Below are positions 47,954-61,420 of a stretch of DNA of 64,000 nt, in pieces. The stretch's first letter is position 1, and the number at the start of each line of letters is the position of its first letter. Source of the stretch: Bispira polyomma (Eukaryota); assembly GCA_965649765.1 (NCBI GenBank), contig OZ287756.1, positions 43,462,001 through 43,526,000 on the forward strand, in the 5' to 3' direction. A program made the position numbers and the translations under genes. The notes under the pieces are model-generated. The model was not told the DNA's origin and searched no databases. It was given only the letters and a program-made list of their open reading frames with translations.

Positions 47954-48390
47954 ATGAACAAAGTGACACTTCTAGCAACGTCAAATTTACGCATTTTAGA
48001 AGAACTCAAAGGCTTGAGTGGTCGTATGTCAGCAATGGAAAAGTGTGTAGAACAGACTGAAATTAGGCATAGTGTTGCTAGTACAAGTTCCGTGGCCAAT
48101 GTTCTTAGTGAATTTCCTGCTACACCCACATTTTCTCAGCCTTCAGCTATTGGTACTTCTAATGCACGTGCCATGGCCCCTGTTCCTGTGGGGTTATCTG
48201 CTACAACTACGTGTGTTCAGCCTTCAGTTCCATTGACGAATCCAGTGGCGACTGTCCAGTCAGCACTTGCTACTCCAGAGATGGAAGACACACTGGTTTC
48301 CTCGCTGACTACACCGAAAACATCAGTCTACTCACAGCAAGCTGTAGATGCCAGGCTTCGTCACTTTGCTGCACTTAATAAGAAAGGTAA
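47954..48390 (+). pseudogene. Possible gag-like ORF1 relic of a DIRS-type element
   Basis: Short coiled coil, S/T/P-rich linker and QQAVDARL.. helix; no catalytic motif. Confidence 0.35.
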
Positions 48391-50112
48391 TTTTAATCCC
48401 GTAATGCTATTAAAGTTATTAAAATACTTGCTTTGGAAAACAAAATCATTTGCCCAGTAGTAGCCCTGAAAGTGCTTCTGGCAATCACTCCTGGTACCAA
48501 AAATTCTCCACTTAAATTTAGTTGATTTGAAGTCACTCTTAAGATGATCTTAGACTAAACTTAAATTTTTTAACTAAGATGGTCTCATTGTCATATCTTT
48601 GTTTTAAACCTGTTAACTATATGTGTAGTAATAGATTAAATATATATCCCAACTGCTAGTCTCAATCAAGGTCACTCTCCAAAACTCTAGGTCAGAGCAC
48701 TGATACTGCTAAGGTCCAAGTAGCACCACATTATGCAAACTTTACATTACATCAAACCACCAAGACAAAAAGTGGTAATTTACTCAAACTCATATTCATA
48801 TCTGTTTTAATATAGAAGTTTTTGTTTCATATCATCACGACCGACAGCTCAACTGATGGATGAAATCATAACAATGTGGTGAAGGTGTTCTGTTCTGTAA
48901 ACCACTGGCCTTTGGCAAATCTACTGAACCCATTTACATAACATTTGGTATATGTAGGAGACATGGGCCAAGAAAAAATCCATTAAGTTTTGAAAATGAT
49001 GTAGGTACAATAGTGGAATCCAAGAATAGACTTGTTTTATTTGCTCTTCCAGACATTGTGGCAAGAGAAATGTGCCTGGTCAGTCCACAAGCCAATTAGT
49101 TGACCACAACATGCATAGTTCAGCACTTATAGCTAAAGTCATATATGACCAGATTCATATATGTGAACGACTCTGTGTGAAGGTATGAGTTATTGACCAC
49201 CTAGAAATGCATAACACAACAGAATATACAATCTGATCTTGAATCACTAGTATCCTTATTTCTTTGGCAGTGTTCCTATTTTTTGCTTTCTATCGAAAGC
49301 AAAAGTCTTACTTTTTTATTAGAACATTTTCCAATAGTATAATAATAATTGGAGTGGCCTGATTAAGTGGGGGTTCCACATTCAGGATTTGGTCCCCGAC
49401 CTTCCTGAGTTTGAGGTCCAGGACACGTACGAGAAGGTCAGGTAGCAAAAACGGAGTGGTCAAGACGGTCGGGAAGAATATCAAAAAAGCTAGATATTTT
49501 GAAAATGGTCCCGACTTTTGGTCCCGGACCTCAAAGTCGGGACCATCAATACGTTCGATCCTATTGCCAATACGTTCTGTCAGATAGGTCGGGGTGCACT
49601 GCCGGCCTGTCCTATTGCCGGCCCAGCCTGTCCTATTGGGATCTGCTCCTTTTTCAATACGACAGGCCAGGCCGGCAATCCAATCAAACTTACTTGACTC
49701 CCGACTTGACGTATTACTCCCCGATCGTACTTTTTGTCACTCCAGCAGAACTTGGTGTGAATACTTTTTTTTTTTTTACCCCGATCGAACTTAACACAGC
49801 AGGACAGAACGTATTGGCTATCAGATCTGTCGGGAGAGGTAAAAGATCGAACGGGGGCAGGATAGGACAGAACTTATCAGTAGTAGGATCTGACGTATTC
49901 AGTACTGGCCAATAGGATCGAACTTATGCAGTACGGGGTGTTTGGGTATAAAGACATCCCGTCAGTACTGGACTCGTTGTATTTGGAGATTGCTGACTGG
50001 CACTTGAAGTTGTGTTTTTTGTGCAGGGGTTTTTATTGTTTTTAATTATATGTACTGAGTTTAGGGACGATTTTACAGCTTAGGGTTTTTTATTATAACA
50101 CAACATTAAAGA

Positions 50113-51522
50113 TGCCTAGATTGAGGAGAGTCAAGAGGAAGATTGTGGAGAAGGAGAGAGAGAAGGAGTTTCGTCTGATGAGATAGAGAGGAAGGGAAGA
50201 GATGACAGAAGAGTCCTACAGTGAGTGAGAGAGCAGAGAGTGAGAGAGAGGATGCTTCACAAGGATTGCCTGGATCTTCACAGTACAGAGAACACGTGAA
50301 GAAGGCAGAGAAGATGGTCCACGTCATACTGACATAGGAGGACGAGGAAGCAGTGGTGGATTTGTCAGAGACAATGCGGTGCTTTTTAACAAGCGCCATG
50401 AACAGTTCAAGGACAGAACACTGAAGGAGAAGTTGTGGTCCGATTTTCCGTGGTTTGAAACCAACGAGGACTTGGTTTGAGTCAGAGAAGACCCTCTTTG
50501 GAAAGTTGATGGTTAGGAAGTCTGGACAAGCCGCACCTGATTTTACAGAGCGAGAGAACTGGCTGATCGCGTGCTTCTCCTTTCTGGGATCACACATCGT
50601 CAGGCATGTCAAGTCTTCAGGCTTCAAGCCCAGCGCGACGTCCACTCAGGGATTGTCACCACCCCGCCAGGAAAGCCATGATATGTCCAGATGCTCCAGC
50701 ATCAGAGGAGAGGGCGACAGCATTATCGAGACCAGCCTCAGGAGCCTCCAGAGAAGTTCCCCGTCTCGACTCAGCTCAGACGCCAACCAGATGCTAGGAG
50801 AGCACCTCACGCAGATCAGGACACTGATGAGTAGCTTGGTTGGAGAGCAGAGAAGTCCCCAGAAGCCTGTGACCAACCGTAGCGCCTTTTTCGCCTACCT
50901 AGCAGCCAAGGCAGAGAAGTTAGACGAGGGCGAGTTTTAGAAGTTTTGAGCCAGCACCTTCTCCTGCCTCAGCTAGATCCAGCAAGGCAGAAGTCAACCC
51001 GTCAGAAGTGCCTTCGCCAGACCAGCTCCAACTTCTACCCTGTCGCGAGTGCCTGGATCGAGCTACATCCTCCAGCAGATTATGCAACAGTCTCAGCATC
51101 CTCAGCTTGTGGTGATTAATAGAGCTTCAGAGTCTTCGGCTGTTGCACAGAAGCCTGCGTTTCAACAACAGAACTTTCTGTCCCAGCATTTTCAGCTTCC
51201 ACCAGAGTTTGTTGTGGTAGAAAAAGCTACAGAGCCTTCGATTTCAAGCTTTCTGAGGAAGTACAACAGCGAACTACCCCATGACTTTGTTAATGAGACA
51301 GTTAGTCCCAGCGCCTCGAGAATATTGGTAACACCTTTACCAGTGGACAATCAGCAGTCGCAAGTGGTCCTGATCAACAACACTCAGCAGTTGATCGTCT
51401 CACAGCCCCCACACCTCAGCCAGAGTCTGAGCCCGTGTCACAGCATCAGCTACACCTCCAGCCCGCTTCACCAGCACCGTCTACCTCTACCACTCCACAA
51501 CCAACACCGCCACAGTAGCTAG
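50113..51522 (+). pseudogene. Harbinger MADF/Myb-like DNA-binding protein, frameshifted
   Basis: EDEEAVVD.VRDNAVLFNKRHEQFKDRTLKEKLWSDF..RTWFES; BESS-like AFFAYLA region; Q/S/P-rich tail. Confidence 0.75.
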
Positions 51523-52722
51523 TCAGCAGTCTCCAAAGGGGTGGTGTTTCGAGCCACCCCAGCGTCACCTCCGGCCCTTTTTAGGGCCACCCGATTCCTC
51601 CAAGAACAATACCTTGAACTGTTGTTAAAAAAATAAACCCTAAACATACAGATTACACTGTCCCCTCAAAAGAATTACACACAGAAATATAATTATCATT
51701 GTCCAAAATAAAAAACAGAATAAAAATTAATGAAAAAAAAAGCCCCAAACATTAGCCCAAACAAACAGATTATTTAGCCAAGCAAAACAATTAACACTCA
51801 TACAGGCAAAACTTACTTATCACCCCCCCCCCCCCCCAATAATTGTTTGTGAATGTCCAACTTGTCCCTGTTTAGATAATTTTGTTTGAGAATAGAAAAA
51901 AAAATCAAAACCTGCCAAAATTGCCCAAGTCAGTATCTAATTGAAAATGAAAATCCCTATCCCCATTGGAAAAGTTTTTGTTAAATGACAAGGGATACCA
52001 AATATGAGATATTATTAGAAAAAAGAAATAAAAAGTCTGTCAAATCTGTCCCAATAAGTACCAAATTGAGATATCAACTCCCCATCCCCATAGTAAATGT
52101 TTCTGATAAACAATGACAGACAATAATGGCAAGAAATTGTTTTAGAAGGGAAGACAGTACAAAGTCTGTCCCAAATAACCCAATAAGTACCAAATTGAGA
52201 TACAAACTCCCCAGGCTGTTATGCACTGTGTGTGGTTTTGGGGAAAAAAACAAAAATAATTTTGAGGAAAAGGAATTGAGAATCTTTTCTTAAACTTTAA
52301 TTTTTGTGTTGATGCAAAGAAAAGTTTTTTTGTAGACAAAATAAATAACCTTGTGAGATAAAAAATCTTCCAAATGAGTGGTCACACAACTTTTTTTGAT
52401 TTTAACCCTTTGTTGCCAAAAACAACTGGCACCAAGGGTTTTCATTATGTCTGTGTGTAGGGCTTTTAACATTTTCAATGTTTTGTGGGGGGGACAAGTT
52501 AATATGTTGTATGTATGTAGGGGTCCTGGGTATTACATTTAGTGATTGTTATTGGTAATGGGTTGGGGGTGGGGGTGAAACAAACAGCTCAAACATTGTT
52601 CTTGAAATATTTGGGTGGCCCTGAAAATTACCTTTTAAATTATCTGCTACTGCAAGACCTCTGGGTTGGCTTCTCATCTGGCTCAGGTGGTTAGGCTCAG
52701 GCTCAGGTTAAACTCTTTCCTC

Positions 52723-53750
52723 TTACCACGGGACTTCCCCCTCATTCATAAAAAAGTCCATTAACACGTCCCTCTGTTCTTTGGCCGCCCTGGATGGGTT
52801 TCTGTGGGTGGTCGGTTGACCTCCTACCAACTGCACCTCGGGTTCAGGTAGATCATCTTGTGGGTTGGGGTGCTCTAGTGCCGGGTTTTCACACCGGCTT
52901 CTCAGTATGTTATGTAATATCACACATGTCAATGTCAAATTTGAGGACACTTGAGGGTGCTGTTGCATCGTCATCAGTAATAGGCGGAAGCAGCTGGCGA
53001 AAATCCCAAAAGCGTTCTCCACCAAGTATTCCACGTCACGTCGAGACCCCTCAAACAGTGGTGCTGGTCTGGGCAGCCCAATGGATCCATCTTCTATCTT
53101 CTGCTTGAGCTCTGAGTGATTAAAAATTTGGCCATCGGAACAGGAACTACTACAGCCAATGTCCACCCAAATAAATCTGTAGTCTGCATTAACCAGGGTA
53201 AACAGGACAATGAAGTGGAAGCCTTTGTAGTTGTAAAATTCGCTCCCAGCCTTGGGAGGCTTCTTGATGGTCACGTGCTTCCCATTAATAGATCCAATAG
53301 CATGAGGGATATTCCACCTGTTCCTGTACACTTCTTCTATTTTCAGCACGTCTGCGGGGGTGGTTGGGCAGGCTAGATTTTCTTTCTCATATTCCCTAAT
53401 GATGGCCTTGCATACTTCTGGTATAAACTTGGTGATAGATGATTTCCCCACCCTGAACTGGTAGGACAGGGATCTGTAGCTCTCCCCATTGGCCAGGTGC
53501 CTCAAAATTACAGCCAGTTTCAGTCCAACATCCAAGGGCTTTCTGAACCAAGTTGTTTTTTCACATGGGGTGTTATCCTATCCTTGATTTCGTCAAATAT
53601 ATCAGGTGGTAGCCTGAAAAAATTCTTGTATGAGGCTGCATTCCCTTCCTGTAACTCCGGCACTAAGTTGGTGTAGTAGCCTAGGGCCTCTCTCTGACTG
53701 AATCAAGGCTTGACCCAGCAGATGGGTGACATATGTGGAAGTCTAATCTT
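52723..53750 (-). pseudogene. Harbinger (HARBI1-like) DDE transposase
   Basis: LRHLANGESYRSLSYQFRVG, GSINGKHV, YNYKGF, DGQIF, VENAFGI, CVILHN; first catalytic D appears as N, plus an internal deletion. Confidence 0.9.
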
Positions 53751-55645
53751 CTCCGGGGCAGCCCAAGGGGCACGTGGTGGTGTTGGGTTCAAATCTTCCT
53801 GAGCCTGGGTCTTGTCTTTCTCATGTTGTAATATAGGTATGAGGATACATATTTCAATCTCAAAAAAAACTAAAAATGTCCCTAGTCTCCTTAAAAAATC
53901 TTAATCACTTCTTCCTGGCATTGTACTCAATTACTCAATCATTAATTACCTGATTACTCAAAAATTCCTGAGTTTCAGGGCTCAAAAAGAGGTGCTTATA
54001 GGGTCTGTAAGCACTCCCGACTTCATCTTTCAGAAAGTTTGATCCTATTGGGATGAAAATACGTCAGATCCTATAGTCAATACGTTCAATCCTAAGCCAA
54101 TACGTTTGATCCTATCGCCAATAAGTTCGATCCTATCAAGGTCAGGGGTCAATGGAGTTAAAAGTCGTACAGCCTTTACATATGATTAGGGTCGCGGGCC
54201 AAAACGGCGCGCAATCAGTTTGAACGGGAAGGTCGTTGCACATTTTCATTTTCCCACCCAAACAGTGGATTTTATTGATTTTTTGGTCTCGACCTTCCCG
54301 ACTTTGAAGTCGGAGTCTTTTTGCTGATCGAACTTGTATGTGGAACCCCCCTTTAAAGAACACAGTCACTTTCATAATAAAATTAGCAACAAATTCCTTG
54401 GGTTTTTTTTGTCTTCTTCGTGATAGCACCAATAAGGGCATTTTTTGGGATGATTGTTTTATGGAAACAAGAAGATGCACAAGCAAGCTCTTCTGAAAAT
54501 AAAATGTGTGCAAAGAAATTAAAAGAACCAAAGAAAACAGGTTTTTAACATGGCTTTTTTTCGAAATGTATGTTTAAAAATAGTACTAAAATATTATAAT
54601 TATAGAAAAGCAAAAATGTTTCTTCTAACAGAGATATAAATACATATTTGTGACATATAAACATATTTATTATCTAATTGGTCTCATTTGTGTATAGTTA
54701 GCTTCTTCATTGCATATATTATAACTACAAAAAGTAACTTTCAAATATAAAGCCAACTCTTGATCAACCTAACCTCACAGTTTGGTCATGTGATCTATGC
54801 ATTCCGTCTCCACTTCCAGAATGCTTGGGAATGCTTCTGAAAACTATCGAATAGCTCCAAAAGAAATGACAAGAATAAGTATTCCATTTTCAGAAGTTCC
54901 CAAAAAAATGCACCTATTGCTATAGAATGGTCTAGCCATAGAAATCAGATTACCATGCTCGCTTTCAGGGTTTAGAAAAAATAACAAGAAAATACATCTC
55001 TTCAACCTGGCGTACCATAAATACCATTCTCTGTTGTACACTAACATACTTCAAAGTAAACTTTCAATAAATTAAGACTATGCACTTTTTGTCTTATTAT
55101 CACTTCTGTTGTGCTTGAGAATTGGCCTCATAATTTATTGAAATTACCATTACAGTTTCAAAATGTTATTATTTATTGTCATCAGTTTAGGCACTGTACC
55201 ACATGAACCACGTATATGCAACGCCATTATATAACATATACGGGTACACTTTAACTATCTTTCACATTGAAATATTAAATATTCTGTTACCAATACCCGT
55301 CTGGGGTGAGCAGTGGAGTCCCAAGAAAATAGTTATGAAATGCGATATTATGACAGTGGTCCTGGTAGTTAGGTCTAACGAAATAAAGATGAATTTTTAA
55401 CCCTTTGTCTTAAAAACATTTGGCTAATTTCAGCTATGTAGGACATCACAATCCAACATATTAGGGGAAAAGACAATATTATAGCAAACTTACTTTCAAG
55501 ATTATTTTCGGCCCACCCCCCTCAAGGGAAACAGGTAAGGATCTTAAAGGACATGTGTATTTGGCACCAGATACCAATACAACACTTTGATGTAGAAATG
55601 ACATTGTAATTTCAGGTGCTTCTCACATCACTCAGACTTTCACAG

Positions 55646-56554
55646 ATTAAGCATGGCAGAGGATCAACTGTTCACTACGTCCAAAGACGACCATGACTTA
55701 CAAGAACCAATTTAAGACTTTCATTTCTTTTAACTGCTGTTCTGGTATTCTGAAAATTACCACACATGCACTTATAGCCTTTTTTGAGTATCTAGGCTCC
55801 TAACCTTGTATGATAATTAACTATTTAGCAGCCATCAAGCATATGGCTAAGTAGTTATATTGGGGTATAAACACTTTTGCTAATAAAACCATTTCAATGT
55901 CCAGTAGAAGCCTGTCACATACATCACTATTTAGGCCACTTCCTTAGGGAAATTTTTTACCTGTCCCTCATTTCTAAAGCATGTGTTATACTGAATAATC
56001 CTCCATTATACAGAGCCATCCTTCTTCTTGCATTTTTCGGCTTTCTGAGAATGTCAAACATTGCCTCTCATTCTAGGGCTTAATTTGATTTCACACGAAA
56101 TTTTCTGAGGAAAAATGTCATATTTGGACACTCTGGGGCCCATTTGATTCTAAAGTGGGCCAAGAACCTTCAAATTACGTCCCAGTTCCATATTATACAG
56201 ATCCCAGTTCTCAAAAACCCAATCCTTTGCAATCCTAAAGCAATCCAACAGATTATAAAACTTTAGGTCATTAGATGTGGATTAACCAGTTTGTAGGGGC
56301 TGAAATCCCCCCCCCCCCCACCACGCAATTTTATAGTGGACACTGACGTAGGGATACCACAAAGGACACACAGTTTTCACACCTTTAAAAGATCGGGCAC
56401 CATGTACTCTTTTAATAATAATGTCTCACTGCAGAATATTATGGCACACGGTCTCTGGCATTCCTCGGCCGTATGGTCTTACATACAGGAAAATTTACAA
56501 GCTACCTCTGCAGTCCCACTTACCTTTGACTCCTCTATTCCCCACTTTTCTTAG
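55646..56554 (+). pseudogene. Tyrosine recombinase of a DIRS/Ngaro-type retrotransposon, decayed
   Basis: RAILLLAFFGFLRMSN; HSFHTFKRSG..MAHGLWHSSAVWSYI. Confidence 0.8.
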
Positions 56555-59479
56555 TTTGGCTTGGGTCTTTTAATAATTATTGCATATATTTTAAAATTGA
56601 TATATTTTTAACCCTATTTGTATATACATAATTAACAGTGTACAGTAAAAAATACTTCAAACTATAGTTTTACTACATCTTATGCATAAGTACATACCAC
56701 TTTCCATATTACTTTGACCTCCCTCTCACCTTTTACACCTTTCAAGGACAACTGTGCACAGCATGACCCAACAGGGGTCTGATAATTCAGTTGGACCACA
56801 CAAAGGTTAATCCCTGGTTGCAGATTTGACACTTGAGTTCAATCTACTCTACCTCCCCCAATCACTGTACTTATCCTCTAGAAATTCACTTTTGGTAGCT
56901 ATCTATCATAATGTTTGTATAGTATATTGCATTTATTTACATATATTCAACAGTAAATTGTACTCGCAATTGATTAATACCCACTTCTGTGGACATGAAT
57001 AGTGTGCCTTCAAATCAACAACAGTTGTTTGTTTGTTTGTTTTGTTTTTGTTGTTTTTCTTACATGATGATATTTATTTAGTTATCTGGGTCATTAACAT
57101 TAATGACAATATTACATAAAATTAATATGTGACCTAATATGATACAACATAATATTACCCAATTTCTTTTACAAACAATGTATCAGTATAACTTCACTTC
57201 AGAATGAGTAACCATAATGTCCTGATAATAAGACGACAAAGACATTAGACGCTCTAGATAATAGTATTAAGTAGCTTCCACTGTGCAATAAAGAGTTCAT
57301 ATATTAGGTTTATCTTTGCTCGATTCTCCTGTTTACAGTATATTTTCCTAATTACTGACAATAATGCAACAATATTGTTTGTACTGCTTTTAATGCACAA
57401 CTTTTTGGTCGAGTAATCAGCTGATTACAACAAGGTTACAGGCGGGAACATCACAACTTCATATTCATACTTACAGTCATACTTAGGTCAGTGTATAATT
57501 TCTATATTCTATCAAATAATGTGATTCCCTGTCTTAGGTAGACGGGCAGTAGTTCTAAAATTGTCTGACCTATATCTCGAAAAATACTTGTCCAATAAAC
57601 TTCACAATTGGTAAGTTCAGCATTCTTGTGCAACATCACAGTCTCGCTTCAATTTGACTGTTTTATATAGTCATTAATAATTGCTAGTTATAAATACCAA
57701 TATGTAACCAATCTGGATGTTTAACCTACTGAATATTGCCTTGTCCCACTGTAACTAGAGATTTCGGGGCGATCTATGCTACCTACAAATCGCACTGCAC
57801 AGAACTGGTCACACTAGATTTCTAGCATTGGCCCATGCCCCAAATTCAACTACACCTCTTTCTCTGTGCAACTAACCTCACCATGGTGCCTTTTTAAAGT
57901 TATCTTAAATTAAATTACACAACTTTAAAATCACCTCATCACAATAAAACATTTTATAAGTGTATTTTAAGTTATTTTCTTGGTTGTGGAAGCCTTGACA
58001 ACACATTGGTTACCTATATTTATCGCTTTAATGGGCGGGTTGAGTTAGGCATTCACATGCTAATGCTCCACAATACAACATTGTTGTAAAGTTATTGATA
58101 TTTTCGTGACATCCTTTGAAACTGATAAAGATGTAGAATTAGCTTAAAAGGCTGGTGCTTTAAATTACAAGACGAACTAATCTGTACTGCTTGTTCCACC
58201 AATAAACTGGATGTTATTATACACATGTTAAACGTGACAATAATACAATTACAATCACAAAAGTACAAAGTGGCGGAATTCTAGATGTTCCTTATTGTTG
58301 TAGGAATTAAGAGAGTAAGATGTAAATAGCAAATCACATTTACAGGGTTGCTCTAAATGGTACTGGCTAATCTTTTTATGAAATTGTAGCATATTTTTTA
58401 AAAACAATTACTAGTCTGGAACATTAAGAGAATGTACATGTAATGTTAGATTTTGCATTGTAGATGTCATAGTTACAGTTAACTAAAAATAAAGACATTG
58501 AATAAACAAAATTTAGTAACCGTAAAGCCTAAATAAAACAATGAAATTTTAATGAAACTCATTTCAATCTAATTGTTTGGTATTTTGTATGAAACCACAT
58601 ATCATATCTTAATGTAATAGCATAACCTAAGGCGACCCAATAGTGCTCAATTGTGTTAACATTGGGTATAATTAGGGTGTTTCATGGGTGTATCTACTAT
58701 GTTTTTGAAACCCTGTATATTTAACTTTTCTTTTTTTGTGTGTGTCGCATATTACCTATAGGTATGCATATGTATTATTGTCTTGCTTATTACCACACAT
58801 TACAGGAATCACATAGAGACCGACTGACATGATTGTTGCTGGAATCTACATAATCCTGCATCCCTATGCAGCACAAAGGAGGAAACCATATGGCACAGGA
58901 GTGATCTGGAAACAACATATTCCTGGTAACAGGTAATGATTATTACCTCCACCATCTGGTTATGTTTTCAACCGTGTCTGTATGTTAGTTTATTTGTAAT
59001 CAGGATCTCAATCAAAAGGGATTGGTGTCGAATCCATCGGCCAAAGGAAAAACCATACAATTTTCGTAAAGCACAAATCTTCGAGGTGACACAGGCCAAC
59101 AAGCGGGAAAACTTTTTTTTGGGAAGTTTGCATCTTGCGTGAGTATATGCACTCTGTCAATCTCTTTTGATAGTAATTATAGGCTATAATTGGTTTTAAA
59201 TTAGGTAACTACTTTAAATTAAGATATAAAATTTCATTTTGAGCCATAGGAAACAAAATAAACTTTACCGATCCCTCAAGTTATATCTCCTTCAAACACA
59301 TCTTGCAATTGGATGCAATTGTTGAAAAGTGAAAAGCAATCATTGCATTTTTAGTAGGCTGTTTGATTTCAGCCAAAATATATCTATCAATAAATGTACA
59401 CAATCTGTAGGATAAGCTGTAAATCTTTTCAGTAATCTCAATCTAGTGTACTTATACAAACTTATGTTTTGATTATTGT

Positions 59480-59937
59480 TTGGTGTTGGAATAGCACATT
59501 TTGGAACATTTTTAAAATTCCTGCTTATGACATTGGACGTTGAATCACGCCTTCTTCTGTGTCATTCACTGCTGAGGGAGGACTTGTTATTGGAGATGCA
59601 GCACACAATCAGATCGTAACCAACCCTAAAAAAACCATATGATGCAAAAAGGTTTATTGGAAGATCCTATGATGATCCAGCGGTCCAAATTGACATCAAA
59701 AACTGGCTATGTCAAGTGATAAACAGAAATAACAAACCTCATGTACCTGTCAACAAAGCAGGAACCCAGAAATTCTTATCAGCTGTGGAAATTTCTAGAA
59801 TTGTGCTTAGTAAAATGAAATGGATTGCTGAAGAGTTCCTCGGGAAAGAGGTGACCCATGCTGTGATTACAGTTCCAGGTTATTTTTATGACGCCAAGAG
59901 ACAAGCTACAAAAGATGCGGCAGCTATAGCTGGACTG
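59480..59937 (+). pseudogene. HSP70-family (BiP/HSPA5-like) ATPase-domain fragment, pseudogenised
   Basis: [68 protein letters not shown]; stop and frameshift; truncated by a transposon fragment. Confidence 0.85.
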
Positions 59938-60250
59938 TCAGGATTTGGCCCCGACCTTCTCGACTTTGTGATTGATAACAGGAAGTTTGGTGATACGGAT
60001 CAGTCCGGGGGCAAAAACGGGGCGGTCAGGAAGGTCGGCAAGGATATCCAACATGTTTGATATTTTGTAAAAGTCCCTCGACTTGTGTCCCCGACCTATT
60101 AAAACAGGAAGGTCGGCTTCGGCAAAGTCCGATCCTATTAGCAATACGTCCTGCCTGATAGGTCTTATTTCACCCCAGGCCTGTCCTATCACTGGCCCAT
60201 TAAAACGCATTGATCAGGGGGCTAAAACGGGGTGGTCTTGAAGGTCGTGA
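59938..60250 (+). mobile_element. Fragment related to the left end of the Harbinger element
   Basis: tcaggatttggccccgacctt..aaaaacggggcggtcaggaaggtcgg..tgatattttg..caatacgtcctg matches 49382-49620. Confidence 0.75.
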
Positions 60251-60437
60251 AGAATATATGTATGAAAACACATAACTTCTTTTACAAGCCCATTTTGCCA
60301 CATATTTTACCCTAATAGTACCAATAACGGACACCAGTTTAAAAGTTGTTTACCTTTGCGACATCAAACCCACTTCCGGTGCATTTTATTAACAATAAAA
60401 CGTATTTTCAACAAACTTTCATAAAAAATGAGGTCTA

Positions 60438-61222
60438 TGTTACGGTCACGGGAGCAAGCACGGTAGCAATTACCGGTTGCTTTTAGGTTGTAACAGGAAA
60501 AGACAAAAAGTTTCACTTAACAAATTTATTAACAAATAAAATAACAATTACAGAATTACAGTCAACCAAGATACTCTTAATGGTTCATACAATAATACAA
60601 TAATACAATAATGAAACCAATCTGACCTGACCACAGTCCTGTCCACATAAATAACAATTAAACAAGTTTGTCCACTGTATCCAGCAATCTCTCTTGAAAT
60701 CCGCTCTGTGTCCACACAATGCCTGTATCCTGTTATCCGTTCGGTGTCCACAAACACAAAATGTATACATCCAGAGAGTCTGCACAACTAAGCTATTCAG
60801 TCCAGGATGCAAACAATATCCAATATGCAGTAAATCCAATCTCTGGTAGATCCACAACTTTTATCTAGTTCAATGCTCCAATGAGTTCACCACAAAAACA
60901 TATATAGTAATCAGTTTATATCTACAGGAAAAGAAATAAAATGTTTCACAGTATAGCAGTTCATATAGCACACCAACTCAATAACCTCTGGTCTGTGGCC
61001 AGGCTGTCAACCCTTATATATACCACTGCTAGAGAAGGTTGTTAGAATGTGTGAACAATTGCTAGAATGTTCCAGATTGAGATGTACACAAATAAGGACA
61101 GCTTCAATAGCAACAGAAACAAAATAGAAACAGCTTCTAGAAGCTTAGGGGTTTCCCCAAATCTATAAATAGATCACTCTAGCAGAGTGCTTTAACATAC
61201 CACAATGTCCTTATATGTAACA
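60438..61222 (-). repeat. 3' LTR of the Gmr1-like element
   Basis: TG...CA termini, adjacent PPT, similarity to the solo LTR at 22868-23610. Confidence 0.92.
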
Positions 61223-61420
61223 CCTCCCCCCTTAAAGAAAAATTTTGGAAGCCAAGGGGTTACAAATTTTCATATTACACAAAACGTAAGTGAATATACA
61301 GTGTACATATCTAATAACATTTTATGGATCATTGTATTTTTAGTTACACGAGTAATATCCATAAGTAAACATCTAAGTTTTACAACTTTACTTTTCAGTT
61401 ACTAACATACAAAATACCCT

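Larger units (their letters stand above)
49366..54353. mobile_element. PIF/Harbinger DNA transposon, full length but decayed, with two convergent genes
   Basis: TIRs GGGGGTTCCACAT in TTAA (TAA/TTA TSD) context; subterminal tacgttcgatcctat repeats at both ends; DDE transposase and MADF gene. Confidence 0.92.

Noticed and set aside
47954-56554. A single DIRS element spanning the gag-like ORF and the tyrosine recombinase, split by Harbinger
   Set aside because: No RT/RNase H relic or terminal repeats link the two parts, and too much unrelated sequence lies between them.
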